The notes under the pieces were generated by a model. That model was not told the DNA's origin. It saw nothing but the letters and a program-made list of their open reading frames with translations, and did not search any database. From an uncultured Rubripirellula sp. (lineage in GTDB: Bacteria > Planctomycetota > Planctomycetia > Pirellulales > Pirellulaceae), in assembly GCA_938085445.1 (NCBI GenBank), contig CALKGR010000003.1:64001-128000 (forward strand): a stretch of 64,000 bases of DNA. Reading direction: 5' to 3'. This document shows, piece after piece, positions 21,954 to 30,877 of this stretch. Numbering within the stretch: position 1 is the stretch's first letter; the number at the start of each line of letters is the position of its first letter. Both the position numbers and the translations under genes were made by a program.

Positions 21954-24596
21954 ATGTACGAAAGATTTACAGACCGCGCCCGTAAGGTTATGCAGCTGGC
22001 TAATCAGGAGGCTCAGCGTTTCAACCACGAGTACATCGGCACGGAGCACATTCTGCTTGGCTTGGTCAAGGAAGGAAGCGGAGTTGCTGCAAATGTTCTG
22101 AAGAACCTCGAGGTCGACCTTCGAAAGATCCGCTTGGAGGTCGAAAAATTGGTTCAAAGTGGTCCTGAAATGGTCACGGTTGGGAAACTGCCACAAACAC
22201 CACGGGCGAAGAAGGTCATCGAGTATTCGATGGAGGAAGCCCGTAACTTGAATCACAGTTATGTGGGAACTGAGCATATTCTGCTCGGTTTGCTGAGAGA
22301 GCAAGAGGGTGTCGCTGCACAGGTTCTGATGAACTTGGGGCTCAAACTGGAAGACGTCCGCGAAGAAGTCTTGAACTTGCTTGGACACGGCTTGGAAGGT
22401 GCTGAGGTTGGCGAACGTGGTGGACGCGGTAGTGAGAGTGAAAGCCCGACCAGCTCTGGAAAGAGCGGGAAGAGCAAAACTCCCGCCTTGGACAGCTTTG
22501 GCCGAGACCTGACAGAATTGGCAAAGAAGGGTGAACTGGATCCCGTCATTGGTCGTGCTCGGGAAATCGAGCGTGCCATCCAAATCCTCTGTCGAAGGAC
22601 AAAAAACAATCCCGTTCTGCTCGGAGAAGCAGGTGTTGGCAAAACAGCCATCGTTGAGGGATTCGCACAGCGAGTCATCGAAGGCGAAGTACCGGAGATT
22701 CTGGCCGAGAAGCGGATTGTTGTGCTGGACTTGGCGATGATGGTTGCTGGAACGAAGTACCGCGGCCAATTCGAAGAACGCATCAAAGCAGTGATGACCG
22801 AAGTGCGACGTGTTAAGAACACGATTCTCTTCATCGACGAACTTCACACGCTCGTTGGAGCTGGCGGAGCAGAAGGTGCAATTGATGCTGCCAACGTACT
22901 GAAGCCAGCTCTTGCCCGTGGTGAAATTCAGTGCATCGGTGCCACCACCCTGGATGAGTATCGAAAATACATCGAAAAAGACAATGCTCTGGCTCGTCGT
23001 TTTCAGGAGATCATCGTAGAACCGACCGCAAAAGATGAGACCATTGAAATCCTCAAAGGTCTACGAGGACGATATGAAGAGCATCATCGTGTCCAATTCA
23101 CTGACGATGCCGTCGTTGCCGCCGTTGAAATGAGCGAAAGATACATCACAGCCCGATGCCTTCCGGATAAAGCTATCGACGTCATTGATGAAGCCGGCGC
23201 CAGAGTTCGTCTGCGAACCATGACACGTCCACCAGATTTGAAGGAGATCGACGAGGAAGTCGAGAAACTGAACAAGGAAAAAGAGGATGCTGTCGCGAAC
23301 CAGGACTTCGAGAAAGCTGCCAATCTGAGGGATCAAGCCGAAAAGCTGCGAAAGAAGAAGGATCAGATCACGCAGGAATGGCGCGATAAAAGCCAACAGA
23401 CTGATGGAGTCGTTGATGAAGAAATCATCGCTGAAGTCGTCAGCAAAATGACTGGGATTCCATTGACGCGATTGTCTACCGAAGACAGCCTGCGTTTGAT
23501 GCAAATGGAAGAAGAACTTCACAAACGTGTGGTCAGTCAGGATGCCGCTGTGACTGCTGTCTCTAAGGCCGTCCGAAGAAGCCGCAGTGGTTTGAAAGAT
23601 CCTCGGAGACCTACTGGTTCATTCATTTTTGCCGGTCCCACCGGTGTTGGTAAAACTCTGCTCGCGAAAGCACTGGCCGAATACATGTTCGGTGACTCCG
23701 ATGCGCTGGTTCATATCGACATGAGTGAGTACATGGAAAAGCACAATGTCAGCCGCTTGATTGGCGCACCTCCCGGATTCGTCGGTTACGAAGAGGGTGG
23801 CCAACTGACCGAGAAAATCCGTCGGCGTCCCTATGCAGTTGTTCTGTTCGATGAGATCGAGAAAGCACATCCCGATGTCTTCAACATGATGCTGCAAGTG
23901 ATGGAAGAAGGACGGCTGACTGATTCGTTTGGTAGGAACGTCGACTTCCGCAACACCATCCTGATCATGACAACCAACGCCGGTGCTGAAGCGATCAAGA
24001 ATGAATCAGCATTTGGCTTTCAAAAACCAGATGGTGATGCCAGTTACGATTCCATGAAGCAGCGTGTGATGGACCAAATCGAACGAGTATTCCGTCCGGA
24101 ATTCCTCAACCGACTTGATGACACCATCATCTTCCGCCATCTCACTAAGGATGACCTCAAGAACGTGATCGACTACGAACTTGCGAAGGTACGTGAACGA
24201 TTACTGGATCGCGGATTGTCAATCGAGCTGACCGATGAAGCCAAAGAGTTCCTGGTCACGAAGGGAAGCAATCTCGATTATGGTGCTCGCCCACTCCGCA
24301 GAGCGTTGGAACAGCGAATTGAAGATCCACTGAGTGAAGAGCTGTTACGTGGTGCTTTTGAGGGTAAAGACACCATTATCGTCACCGGTATTCTGGAAAA
24401 CTCCGATGGTGATCGGGTCGAATCCAAAGATGTCACCACCAATGAAGATGGCAAGATGCTGGACGCCGATGGAAAACGAGTCAAAATTATTCGACTCGAG
24501 TTCAATGGCGAGAACCGTGGATTGGCCGATACTGCCGAACCAGTCAGCGCCGGCGTTGCAGAGGGTGATGAAGCTGAAACGAATGGCGACAGCTGA
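21954..24596 (+). CDS. clpC: ATP-dependent Clp protease ATP-binding subunit ClpC
   Basis: MYERFTDRARKVM Clp-N repeats, two AAA+ modules (GEAGVGKT, GPTGVGKT), UVR middle domain and GARPLRR. Confidence 0.95.
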   Translation: MYERFTDRARKVMQLANQEAQRFNHEYIGTEHILLGLVKEGSGVAANVLKNLEVDLRKIRLEVEKLVQSGPEMVTVGKLPQTPRAKKVIEYSMEEARNLNHSYVGTEHILLGLLREQEGVAAQVLMNLGLKLEDVREEVLNLLGHGLEGAEVGERGGRGSESESPTSSGKSGKSKTPALDSFGRDLTELAKKGELDPVIGRAREIERAIQILCRRTKNNPVLLGEAGVGKTAIVEGFAQRVIEGEVPEILAEKRIVVLDLAMMVAGTKYRGQFEERIKAVMTEVRRVKNTILFIDELHTLVGAGGAEGAIDAANVLKPALARGEIQCIGATTLDEYRKYIEKDNALARRFQEIIVEPTAKDETIEILKGLRGRYEEHHRVQFTDDAVVAAVEMSERYITARCLPDKAIDVIDEAGARVRLRTMTRPPDLKEIDEEVEKLNKEKEDAVANQDFEKAANLRDQAEKLRKKKDQITQEWRDKSQQTDGVVDEEIIAEVVSKMTGIPLTRLSTEDSLRLMQMEEELHKRVVSQDAAVTAVSKAVRRSRSGLKDPRRPTGSFIFAGPTGVGKTLLAKALAEYMFGDSDALVHIDMSEYMEKHNVSRLIGAPPGFVGYEEGGQLTEKIRRRPYAVVLFDEIEKAHPDVFNMMLQVMEEGRLTDSFGRNVDFRNTILIMTTNAGAEAIKNESAFGFQKPDGDASYDSMKQRVMDQIERVFRPEFLNRLDDTIIFRHLTKDDLKNVIDYELAKVRERLLDRGLSIELTDEAKEFLVTKGSNLDYGARPLRRALEQRIEDPLSEELLRGAFEGKDTIIVTGILENSDGDRVESKDVTTNEDGKMLDADGKRVKIIRLEFNGENRGLADTAEPVSAGVAEGDEAETNGDS

Positions 24597-24622
24597 TCAC
24601 TGACTAACCTTGAAATTTTTCT

Positions 24623-24653
24623 AAGCGGCGAATTACCATTCGCCGCTTTTTTT
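24623..24653 (+). terminator. Rho-independent terminator after clpC
   Basis: aagcggcgaat-tacc-attcgccgctt stem followed by a T run. Confidence 0.85.
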
Positions 24654-24764
24654 GTGCCCTTTAAGAAACACCTGCGAAGTCCCTCTGTGTCAGCGAGTCT
24701 GCCCCGAAAACACTTTCTTCATGTAGAAGATCACAGTCAACATTCAAACTGTCATACGACCGAT

Positions 24765-25883
24765 CTAGCGGTCTCGTGCCATCGGCATGATCACGTAACC
24801 GTAACCATCATCAGTCGTCAGCAGTGCTGGTGCAGCCCCTGATTCAATTTCCATGATAAAGCCCACTTCGTTATCGAGGACTTTGCAGAAATCCGCCAAA
24901 TAACGGTGATCCATCGTCATTGTTATCGATTCACCCTCATACGCGATTGGTATTTCAATCTGCGATTCTCCAATTTCCGCCGTACTGGCTTCCATTTTCA
25001 GGGTTCCGTCAGCAAACGTGAAGTCAATTCCACGGCTTTCATGGTCCGTTACGATGGCTGCTTGCCGCAAAGCAGCAAAAAGTGGCCCCACAGTGACGTC
25101 CAACTGAACTGCATTTTCTCGCGTTGGGAAGACTTGCCGCCAATTGGGATAACGACCCTCTACCAAACGGGAATAAATAACTGCTTGAGGCGTACGAACC
25201 ATCAAGTCATTATTTCTTGCCGCTACATCTACCGTTTCATCTTTGTCGTTCAAAGCCCGCTCAATTAACTGGATCGCCCGAGTAGGGACGATCGTGCTGG
25301 CCCCCGTCGTCTGATGACCTCCGACTGACTCTCCTGTTCCTTCCATGCGAGCCAATCGTCGTCCATCAGTGCCAACGGCCGTGACCCGTGACTCTTCCAT
25401 TTCGAGAAGAACACCACCCAATGCAAACCGACTGCTATCCGAATCTGTGGCAAAGACCGTACGTTTTACCATCTCGCGGAACAACCGCGTTGGCAAAACG
25501 TGATACTTGTCCTCGTCGAAACCAGCAACCACAGGGAATTCATCTGGATTGTTACCAGGCAGTTTGAACTTACTACGTTTTCCTTTGACACGGATCCCTG
25601 CCTCATCTGTCTCAAATTCCAGCACCTCATCGTTGTTCTCTCGTAAGATGGCCATGGTCCGCTGAACAGGAAGCAAAGCCGTGCCTTCCGTTTCGACCGT
25701 GATACCTTCTTCCAGGTCCAAGCGAATCCCGACTTCCATGTCAGTCGCCGTCAATGTGATTTTCCCTCCCGCGGCAGTTACTTTCACATTTTGCAGGATC
25801 TCTTTAGGCGATCGTGCTGGTGCAATGCTAGCCGCAAGTGCAAACGCGTTCGTCAATGATTCTCGTTGGCAGGTGATCTTCAT
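24765..25883 (-). CDS. dnaN: DNA polymerase III beta sliding clamp
   Basis: LTATDMEVGI, VGTDGRRLA, SRLVEGRYPNWRQV and YVIMPM. Confidence 0.95.
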   Translation of the reverse strand: MKITCQRESLTNAFALAASIAPARSPKEILQNVKVTAAGGKITLTATDMEVGIRLDLEEGITVETEGTALLPVQRTMAILRENNDEVLEFETDEAGIRVKGKRSKFKLPGNNPDEFPVVAGFDEDKYHVLPTRLFREMVKRTVFATDSDSSRFALGGVLLEMEESRVTAVGTDGRRLARMEGTGESVGGHQTTGASTIVPTRAIQLIERALNDKDETVDVAARNNDLMVRTPQAVIYSRLVEGRYPNWRQVFPTRENAVQLDVTVGPLFAALRQAAIVTDHESRGIDFTFADGTLKMEASTAEIGESQIEIPIAYEGESITMTMDHRYLADFCKVLDNEVGFIMEIESGAAPALLTTDDGYGYVIMPMARDR

Positions 25884-26278
25884 GGAAATGCAAACCGATA
25901 CCGTGGAAGTTCTCTATCAAACAGATTTGCATGTTGTACCCCGTTGCTGCTTCTCTTGCATGGGGACAAGCCAAGTTCACAATTGGCTAACCAGCTCTTG
26001 CTTTCTCTATAAGTTAATTTTATCTATCGTCTTAATCGTAATCTTCCGCTGCGAACGGTTGAGATCTAATTGATTTCACTTCTAAAGTCAGACAGAGTAT
26101 TGGTTTATGAAAGACGAGACTCTGTGGAAAACAAGTTGGCTGACTGTTTGGATTCTGTCAAAATTTGCCTTGGTTTTGAACAATTTGGAACAGAGGGATG
26201 TTTCATAGATGCTATCAAAGATTCGAAAACAGACGGTTTGATGACAGACGACCAACATGTTTTCCACAGATCAAAAAG
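25884..26278. other. Candidate replication origin (oriC) between dnaN and dnaA
   Basis: DnaA boxes TGTGGAAAA (26123-26131) and TTTTCCACA (26260-26268), a degenerate TGGGGACAA (25961-25969), and an AT-rich tract with an NAN-triplet run at ~26005-26046. Confidence 0.55.
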
Positions 26279-27382
26279 TCAGGCATCGTTAAATTTTTCT
26301 CTAACTTCCTCTGCTGCACGCTGCAGTTCAGAGTCAGATTCGAGCAGTAGTTCGGTTTTACGGATTGCGTGTAGAACGGTCGTGTGGTCACGTCCACCAA
26401 AGTATTCCCCAATTTGATGCATGCTCTTGGACGTCATCTGTCTCGCGATGAACATAGCGAGAGATCGGGCGCGGACGAGATTCTGTTTACGAGAACTGCT
26501 ACGAATATCAGCTACTTTGAGCCTAAAATACCGGGCTACAGTTGTCCCGATTGCTGCTAGCGAGACCTCTTCTCGCTCACCAACGACGGCGACAGCTGAG
26601 GTGATTGCATCTTCGGTTGGCTCAGCATCATGCATTCGACACCATAGCGAGACCTGTTTCAGAGCTGCTTCGAGAGCTCGGGTTGGGAGGCGGGGTTCCA
26701 GTTTGCGATCGAGTAAATCGAACAGGCTTGCATCGATACTCAGATTCAGGTGAACGGCTAATTCCCTGAGTAACTGGGATCTGGCAGCTGTTGCAGGCAT
26801 TTCCAGTGGAACTGTGAGCCCAGGCAGGACCCGACTGACCAAAAGTGGACGCATGCCCCTAATTTCAGAGGGGAGGCGTTTACACGTCAATAAGGTTGGT
26901 AGTCCGCGGATCACACGCTCTTCGATTCTCGCGGCCAATTCATCTTGGGCTGCTAATTTATCATTCATCAGATGGAGATCATCGATTACCAGAATCGGTG
27001 CTTCGTTGATTTCTTGGCGAAGTGGTGGCAGATCATCAGCACCCACTGCTTCTGCGTAAAGCCTGGCAAAGTCAATCGCGGGGTAGTACAGCACCGGCAT
27101 CGGCTCGCCCGTTTGTGATCGGCTTGACTCTCTTGCCGCAAGATGGAGAGCAATCGCTGTTTTTCCGCTGCCACTGGGGCCAATTAGCAGCAGGGGATTC
27201 CCCAAATCAAAGATTGAGGTTTCGGAGCATGCAACAAAATGCACCATCCGATTTTCTTCACCGGCGATGAAATAGGGCAAACTACCTCCCTGAATCGGCG
27301 TAGCACGTTTCCGTACTCTGGCGATTGGTCGCTCGAGAGGAAATGAGTGAACCTGATTGGCAGGGCTAGTCGCAGTCGACAT
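26279..27382 (-). CDS. dnaA: Chromosomal replication initiator DnaA paralogue (short, lacks N-terminal domains)
   Basis: Walker A GPSGSGKT, Walker B LVIDD and domain IV signature IGEYFGGRDHTTVLHA; lies directly upstream of dnaN. Confidence 0.85.
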   Translation of the reverse strand: MSTATSPANQVHSFPLERPIARVRKRATPIQGGSLPYFIAGEENRMVHFVACSETSIFDLGNPLLLIGPSGSGKTAIALHLAARESSRSQTGEPMPVLYYPAIDFARLYAEAVGADDLPPLRQEINEAPILVIDDLHLMNDKLAAQDELAARIEERVIRGLPTLLTCKRLPSEIRGMRPLLVSRVLPGLTVPLEMPATAARSQLLRELAVHLNLSIDASLFDLLDRKLEPRLPTRALEAALKQVSLWCRMHDAEPTEDAITSAVAVVGEREEVSLAAIGTTVARYFRLKVADIRSSSRKQNLVRARSLAMFIARQMTSKSMHQIGEYFGGRDHTTVLHAIRKTELLLESDSELQRAAEEVREKFNDA

Positions 27383-27475
27383 GAATGGCCGTCAGAGGCT
27401 GGTAGGTGGGATCGTCTTTCGAGAAACGATTTCACCATTTTACGAGCTTGCGAGCGAAAAGCGAGTAAAATAATG

Positions 27476-28642
27476 CTAGTTATCCACACAAGTTTTTTTT
27501 CGTAACTTGTTATAAGACAATGATATAGAGTCAATTGAATTATTTATTTCTTCAATAGTGGAAAACTTAGAGACACCAAAGCGAAGAGTCGACTCGATCT
27601 CATTTTCAGGGCGGTTCATGGCCGTTAGGACATGGCTGGGAGGGCTGCTCCCGCTGCTGCAGGCGGAGCCACTGCTACAGGCGATACCCGCCATGTCGAG
27701 CGCCATCAGCATCGACTGTCGATCCGTTTCCAAAAAGGAAATCGAGCTGGTTCCTGGTAAACGATCATGAATTTTGCCTTGTACGACCAACTCGGGATGG
27801 CGTTCAAGGAGCCCATTTTCGAGACAATCACGCAGCGCTTCACAGTGTTTGGCGGACTGCGTCATTTCAGTCACCGCCAGTTTTAGAGCTTCTGCCATTC
27901 CGACGACCAATGCGACAGGTTCAGTGCCAGGCCGAGTTTCCAGCTGCTGTTCGCCACCATGAAAAACGGGTTCTACATTCACTTCCGGCGCCAGCCATAG
28001 GCCACCGACGCCGGCAGGACCATGAAATTTGTGAGCAGTAAACGTTAGGGCTGAGATACCGGAATTTTCCAAATTCAGTGGCAGTTTTCCGATGGTCTGG
28101 GTCGCGTCCACGTGCAGCAGGATACCAGCCTTTCGACAGAGTTCAGCAGCTTCGCTGATGGGCTGAATGACTCCTGTCTCATTGTTTGCGGCCATGAGTG
28201 AAACGAGAGCGATATTATGGTCATCCGTTGAGATCATTGCCTCAAGTTGATCCAACCGAACCAAGCCATCCTGGTCGACCTCAAGCCATCGTAGGGGGCG
28301 TCCACGTCTTTCGAGCCATTTTGCAGTAGCCAAGACGCTGGGGTGCTCAATTCGGCTCAGTACAAGCGGTCCATGATCACCCAATCCTGTCAGTGCTTGG
28401 TGATTTGATTCTGTGCCACCACTGGTAATGATCAACCTGGCACCGTTGGGCTGATCCAGTCTGGTTCCCAGATAGGAGCCAATGGTTTCAATGGCAGCAT
28501 CCAAGTGGGAGCGTGAACGCCTACCGAAGGCGTGTTGGCTGGACGCATTGGTTGGCCCGTCCAAGAATTGAGCTAACATGACGTTCGCAACGCGCGTATC
28601 AATCGCAGTCGTGGCGTTATTGTCGAGATAGACCTTCATCAC
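27476..28642 (-). CDS. Cysteine desulfurase (IscS/NifS family)
   Basis: YLDNNATT, TSGGTESN, ANNETGVIQP, HVDATQ, AHKFHGP (PLP Lys) and CSSGSACSSG. Confidence 0.92.
   Translation of the reverse strand: MMKVYLDNNATTAIDTRVANVMLAQFLDGPTNASSQHAFGRRSRSHLDAAIETIGSYLGTRLDQPNGARLIITSGGTESNHQALTGLGDHGPLVLSRIEHPSVLATAKWLERRGRPLRWLEVDQDGLVRLDQLEAMISTDDHNIALVSLMAANNETGVIQPISEAAELCRKAGILLHVDATQTIGKLPLNLENSGISALTFTAHKFHGPAGVGGLWLAPEVNVEPVFHGGEQQLETRPGTEPVALVVGMAEALKLAVTEMTQSAKHCEALRDCLENGLLERHPELVVQGKIHDRLPGTSSISFLETDRQSMLMALDMAGIACSSGSACSSGSSPPSHVLTAMNRPENEIESTLRFGVSKFSTIEEINNSIDSISLSYNKLRKKTCVDN
27480..27488 (+). promoter_or_regulatory. Perfect DnaA box upstream of dnaA
   Basis: TTATCCACA ~100 bp upstream of the dnaA start, overlapping the last codons of the desulfurase gene. 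Confidence 0.7.
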
Positions 28643-28687
28643 GCCATTTTTCCTCTCATATCACTCGCATCTGCGACACGTTTCGAC

Positions 28688-29416
28688 TCATTCATTTTCT
28701 GCGAGATGCTTGAGATTAGGATGATTCGGGTAATCAGCTAAGGCCTCGCTGAGCAATGTAGCCGCGATCGTCAGTTTTCCAGCTTCTCGCATATCCTTGA
28801 TCAAGCTGACGTATTCTTCTGCCAATTGCTCATCGATGGCCCTCTGTAGTTCTTTCGGGCTCTTACCACCAGAATCAGCAGTAGCGAAAACTAGAGGTAT
28901 GAATACGTAAAGCTCTCGCTCGGCTAATCGTTGGATGGTCGGCCAAAGAATTCCGGCGTGTTTTGGGTTCTGCTTGCTCCAATCAATCCAGTACGGAGAA
29001 TTTTTACCTCCATTGCCAAATTCAAGTTCTGCGAGCAGGAAATTCGCGTCCGCATTGGTTGTTCCTGAGAGGCCACGCGTAAGGGAAATCAGATGCCAGT
29101 TGCTCGCAGGTCCCTTGGGGAGCTTTCTCAAGTGCGTTGTTTTGACGTAGGTGGCGGTAGGTGGGGTGTCATCGCTTCGACGGATTGGCGTGATTTGCCA
29201 ATGAACCAGAGGAATTTCGTAGAAACTGAAACTTCTTCGTACAAAGTGGCTTGGTGCGAATTCGCTGCCGCGTACAAACCCTTGAGTTCGGATGACAAGC
29301 CCCAGAACAACACAAATAATGATCGCTGCCGAGACCGAGACCCAGATTCGGATCACGCGGTTTCTCTTCGCTGATGACGTTCCAGACTGAGCAGATGTTG
29401 AAACCGAGGTGGACAC
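28688..29416 (-). CDS. Membrane-anchored hypothetical protein
   Basis: 242-aa ORF with an N-terminal TM helix; co-oriented with the desulfurase-dnaA-dnaN run. Confidence 0.7.
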   Translation of the reverse strand: MSTSVSTSAQSGTSSAKRNRVIRIWVSVSAAIIICVVLGLVIRTQGFVRGSEFAPSHFVRRSFSFYEIPLVHWQITPIRRSDDTPPTATYVKTTHLRKLPKGPASNWHLISLTRGLSGTTNADANFLLAELEFGNGGKNSPYWIDWSKQNPKHAGILWPTIQRLAERELYVFIPLVFATADSGGKSPKELQRAIDEQLAEEYVSLIKDMREAGKLTIAATLLSEALADYPNHPNLKHLAENE

Positions 29417-29481
29417 AGGAGCTTTGTTGGGGCATCTTCGGGTAATGAATGGAGAAAGTACTCGTCAGTCTACTGTAAGCA

Positions 29482-30738
29482 ATGATGCGTTCGAGAACCC
29501 CTAATGTTTGCTGGAACTCTGGTGAATCATGCAACTCGATTGCATCACCAAGGCCTGCAGGTTCGATTTCGGCCGCTGCCGCCGCAGGGAGAATCTTGCC
29601 TTGGAGACCTTATAGAGTAACCCAAACGGCAAATCCGGCCGATACTCCTTTTCTGTCAGGCCAGTCACAGCAACCCCAGGAACCGAGTGACCCCAGGCTT
29701 TCCCGGATGCGATTGGAGGCTGTCTTGCTATTGGCAAAAACATCCTTGAGCCTCCGAAAACTATGTCAAATGGCTCACTTGGCGGACGCTACTGAGGCTC
29801 GTACACTGATTCGCCAGTTGAATACAACCTTCGACGACTATGGGAGGGCGATTCGTGTGGAGCAAGTTGCTGGTGGATACCGGTTGATGACAAGGTCGGC
29901 ACTGTCACCATGGCTTGCACGTTTGGGGCACTTGCCGCCACCCCTACGATTATCGACACCCATGATGGAAACGCTTGCTGTGGTTGCCTATCGTCAGCCT
30001 GTATCCAGAGCCGATGTTGAGGCGGTTCGGGGGGTCGGTTGTGGAGAGTTATTGCGTCAAACGATGGAGCGGGACTTAGTACGAATTGTCGGTCGTAGCG
30101 AGGAGTTAGGACGCCCCTACCTTTACGGAACTACCAAACGTTTTTTACACCTGTTCGGACTTTCGAACATCGATGCATTGCCAGCAATTCAGTGGCAAGC
30201 CTTGCAGGATGATCCCCAACCCGAAGATTCAAACCCAGATGACTTATCGACATCAAAGAAGGAGCTCGTTGTGAGTACCACAGTCGTTCCAACTATTTCA
30301 GAGTCAGATCACGCTGTCGTTGTCCCCACTGCATCGACGATCGAGCAGTCTGATCCCAAATCGATCATCGATGATGCTCAAGCAGTCATTGAAGACGAGG
30401 AGAATGGATATTACGACGACGACGACGACGATGATGACGATGACTGGGATGATCAAGATTGGGATGATGAAGAGTCCGAAGATGATTTAGACTCCGACGA
30501 TAGTCTCGATGAAGAAGAGGACGAGCTTGATGAAGACGAGCTTGATGAAGACGAGGACGAGCTCGACGACAATGATCGTGACGGTGATGACTCCGCTGAC
30601 GACGATCTAGATGAAGATGATGACGACGGCGGATGGGAAGAAGTCGATGATGAAGCCGGCGATGAAGAGTTCGACGACGACGAAGAAGAAGAAGTATGGG
30701 AAGAGCAGGCAGATGATGATGAAGATTGGAATGAGTGA
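29482..30738 (+). CDS. scpB: SMC-Scp complex subunit ScpB with long acidic tail (start uncertain)
   Basis: LEAVLL, VAGGYRLMT, LSTPMMETLAVVAYRQPVSRADVEAVRGV and GRPYLYGTTKRFL; C-terminal ~115 aa mostly D/E. Confidence 0.9.
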   Translation: MMRSRTPNVCWNSGESCNSIASPRPAGSISAAAAAGRILPWRPYRVTQTANPADTPFLSGQSQQPQEPSDPRLSRMRLEAVLLLAKTSLSLRKLCQMAHLADATEARTLIRQLNTTFDDYGRAIRVEQVAGGYRLMTRSALSPWLARLGHLPPPLRLSTPMMETLAVVAYRQPVSRADVEAVRGVGCGELLRQTMERDLVRIVGRSEELGRPYLYGTTKRFLHLFGLSNIDALPAIQWQALQDDPQPEDSNPDDLSTSKKELVVSTTVVPTISESDHAVVVPTASTIEQSDPKSIIDDAQAVIEDEENGYYDDDDDDDDDDWDDQDWDDEESEDDLDSDDSLDEEEDELDEDELDEDEDELDDNDRDGDDSADDDLDEDDDDGGWEEVDDEAGDEEFDDDEEEEVWEEQADDDEDWNE

Positions 30739-30877
30739 ACATTCCAGTCATTAGGTTTGCGTGCGGCGTTTTCTTCGCCCAAAGAGTTCCGACAGGGTGC
30801 GTTTGTTGCTACTCGCTGTCTGTTCTCGACGTCTAAGGGCCCTGATTGTTCAAAGACTCATCAGGACTCTAAGCAAA

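Noticed and set aside
21939..22847. 302-aa minus-strand ORF
   Set aside because: Antisense shadow of clpC. The same applies to 49279-50052, 55182-55763 and 62859-63575.
30386..30782. His/Arg-rich and poly-Ser ORFs
   Set aside because: Antisense readings of the scpB Asp/Glu codon tract.
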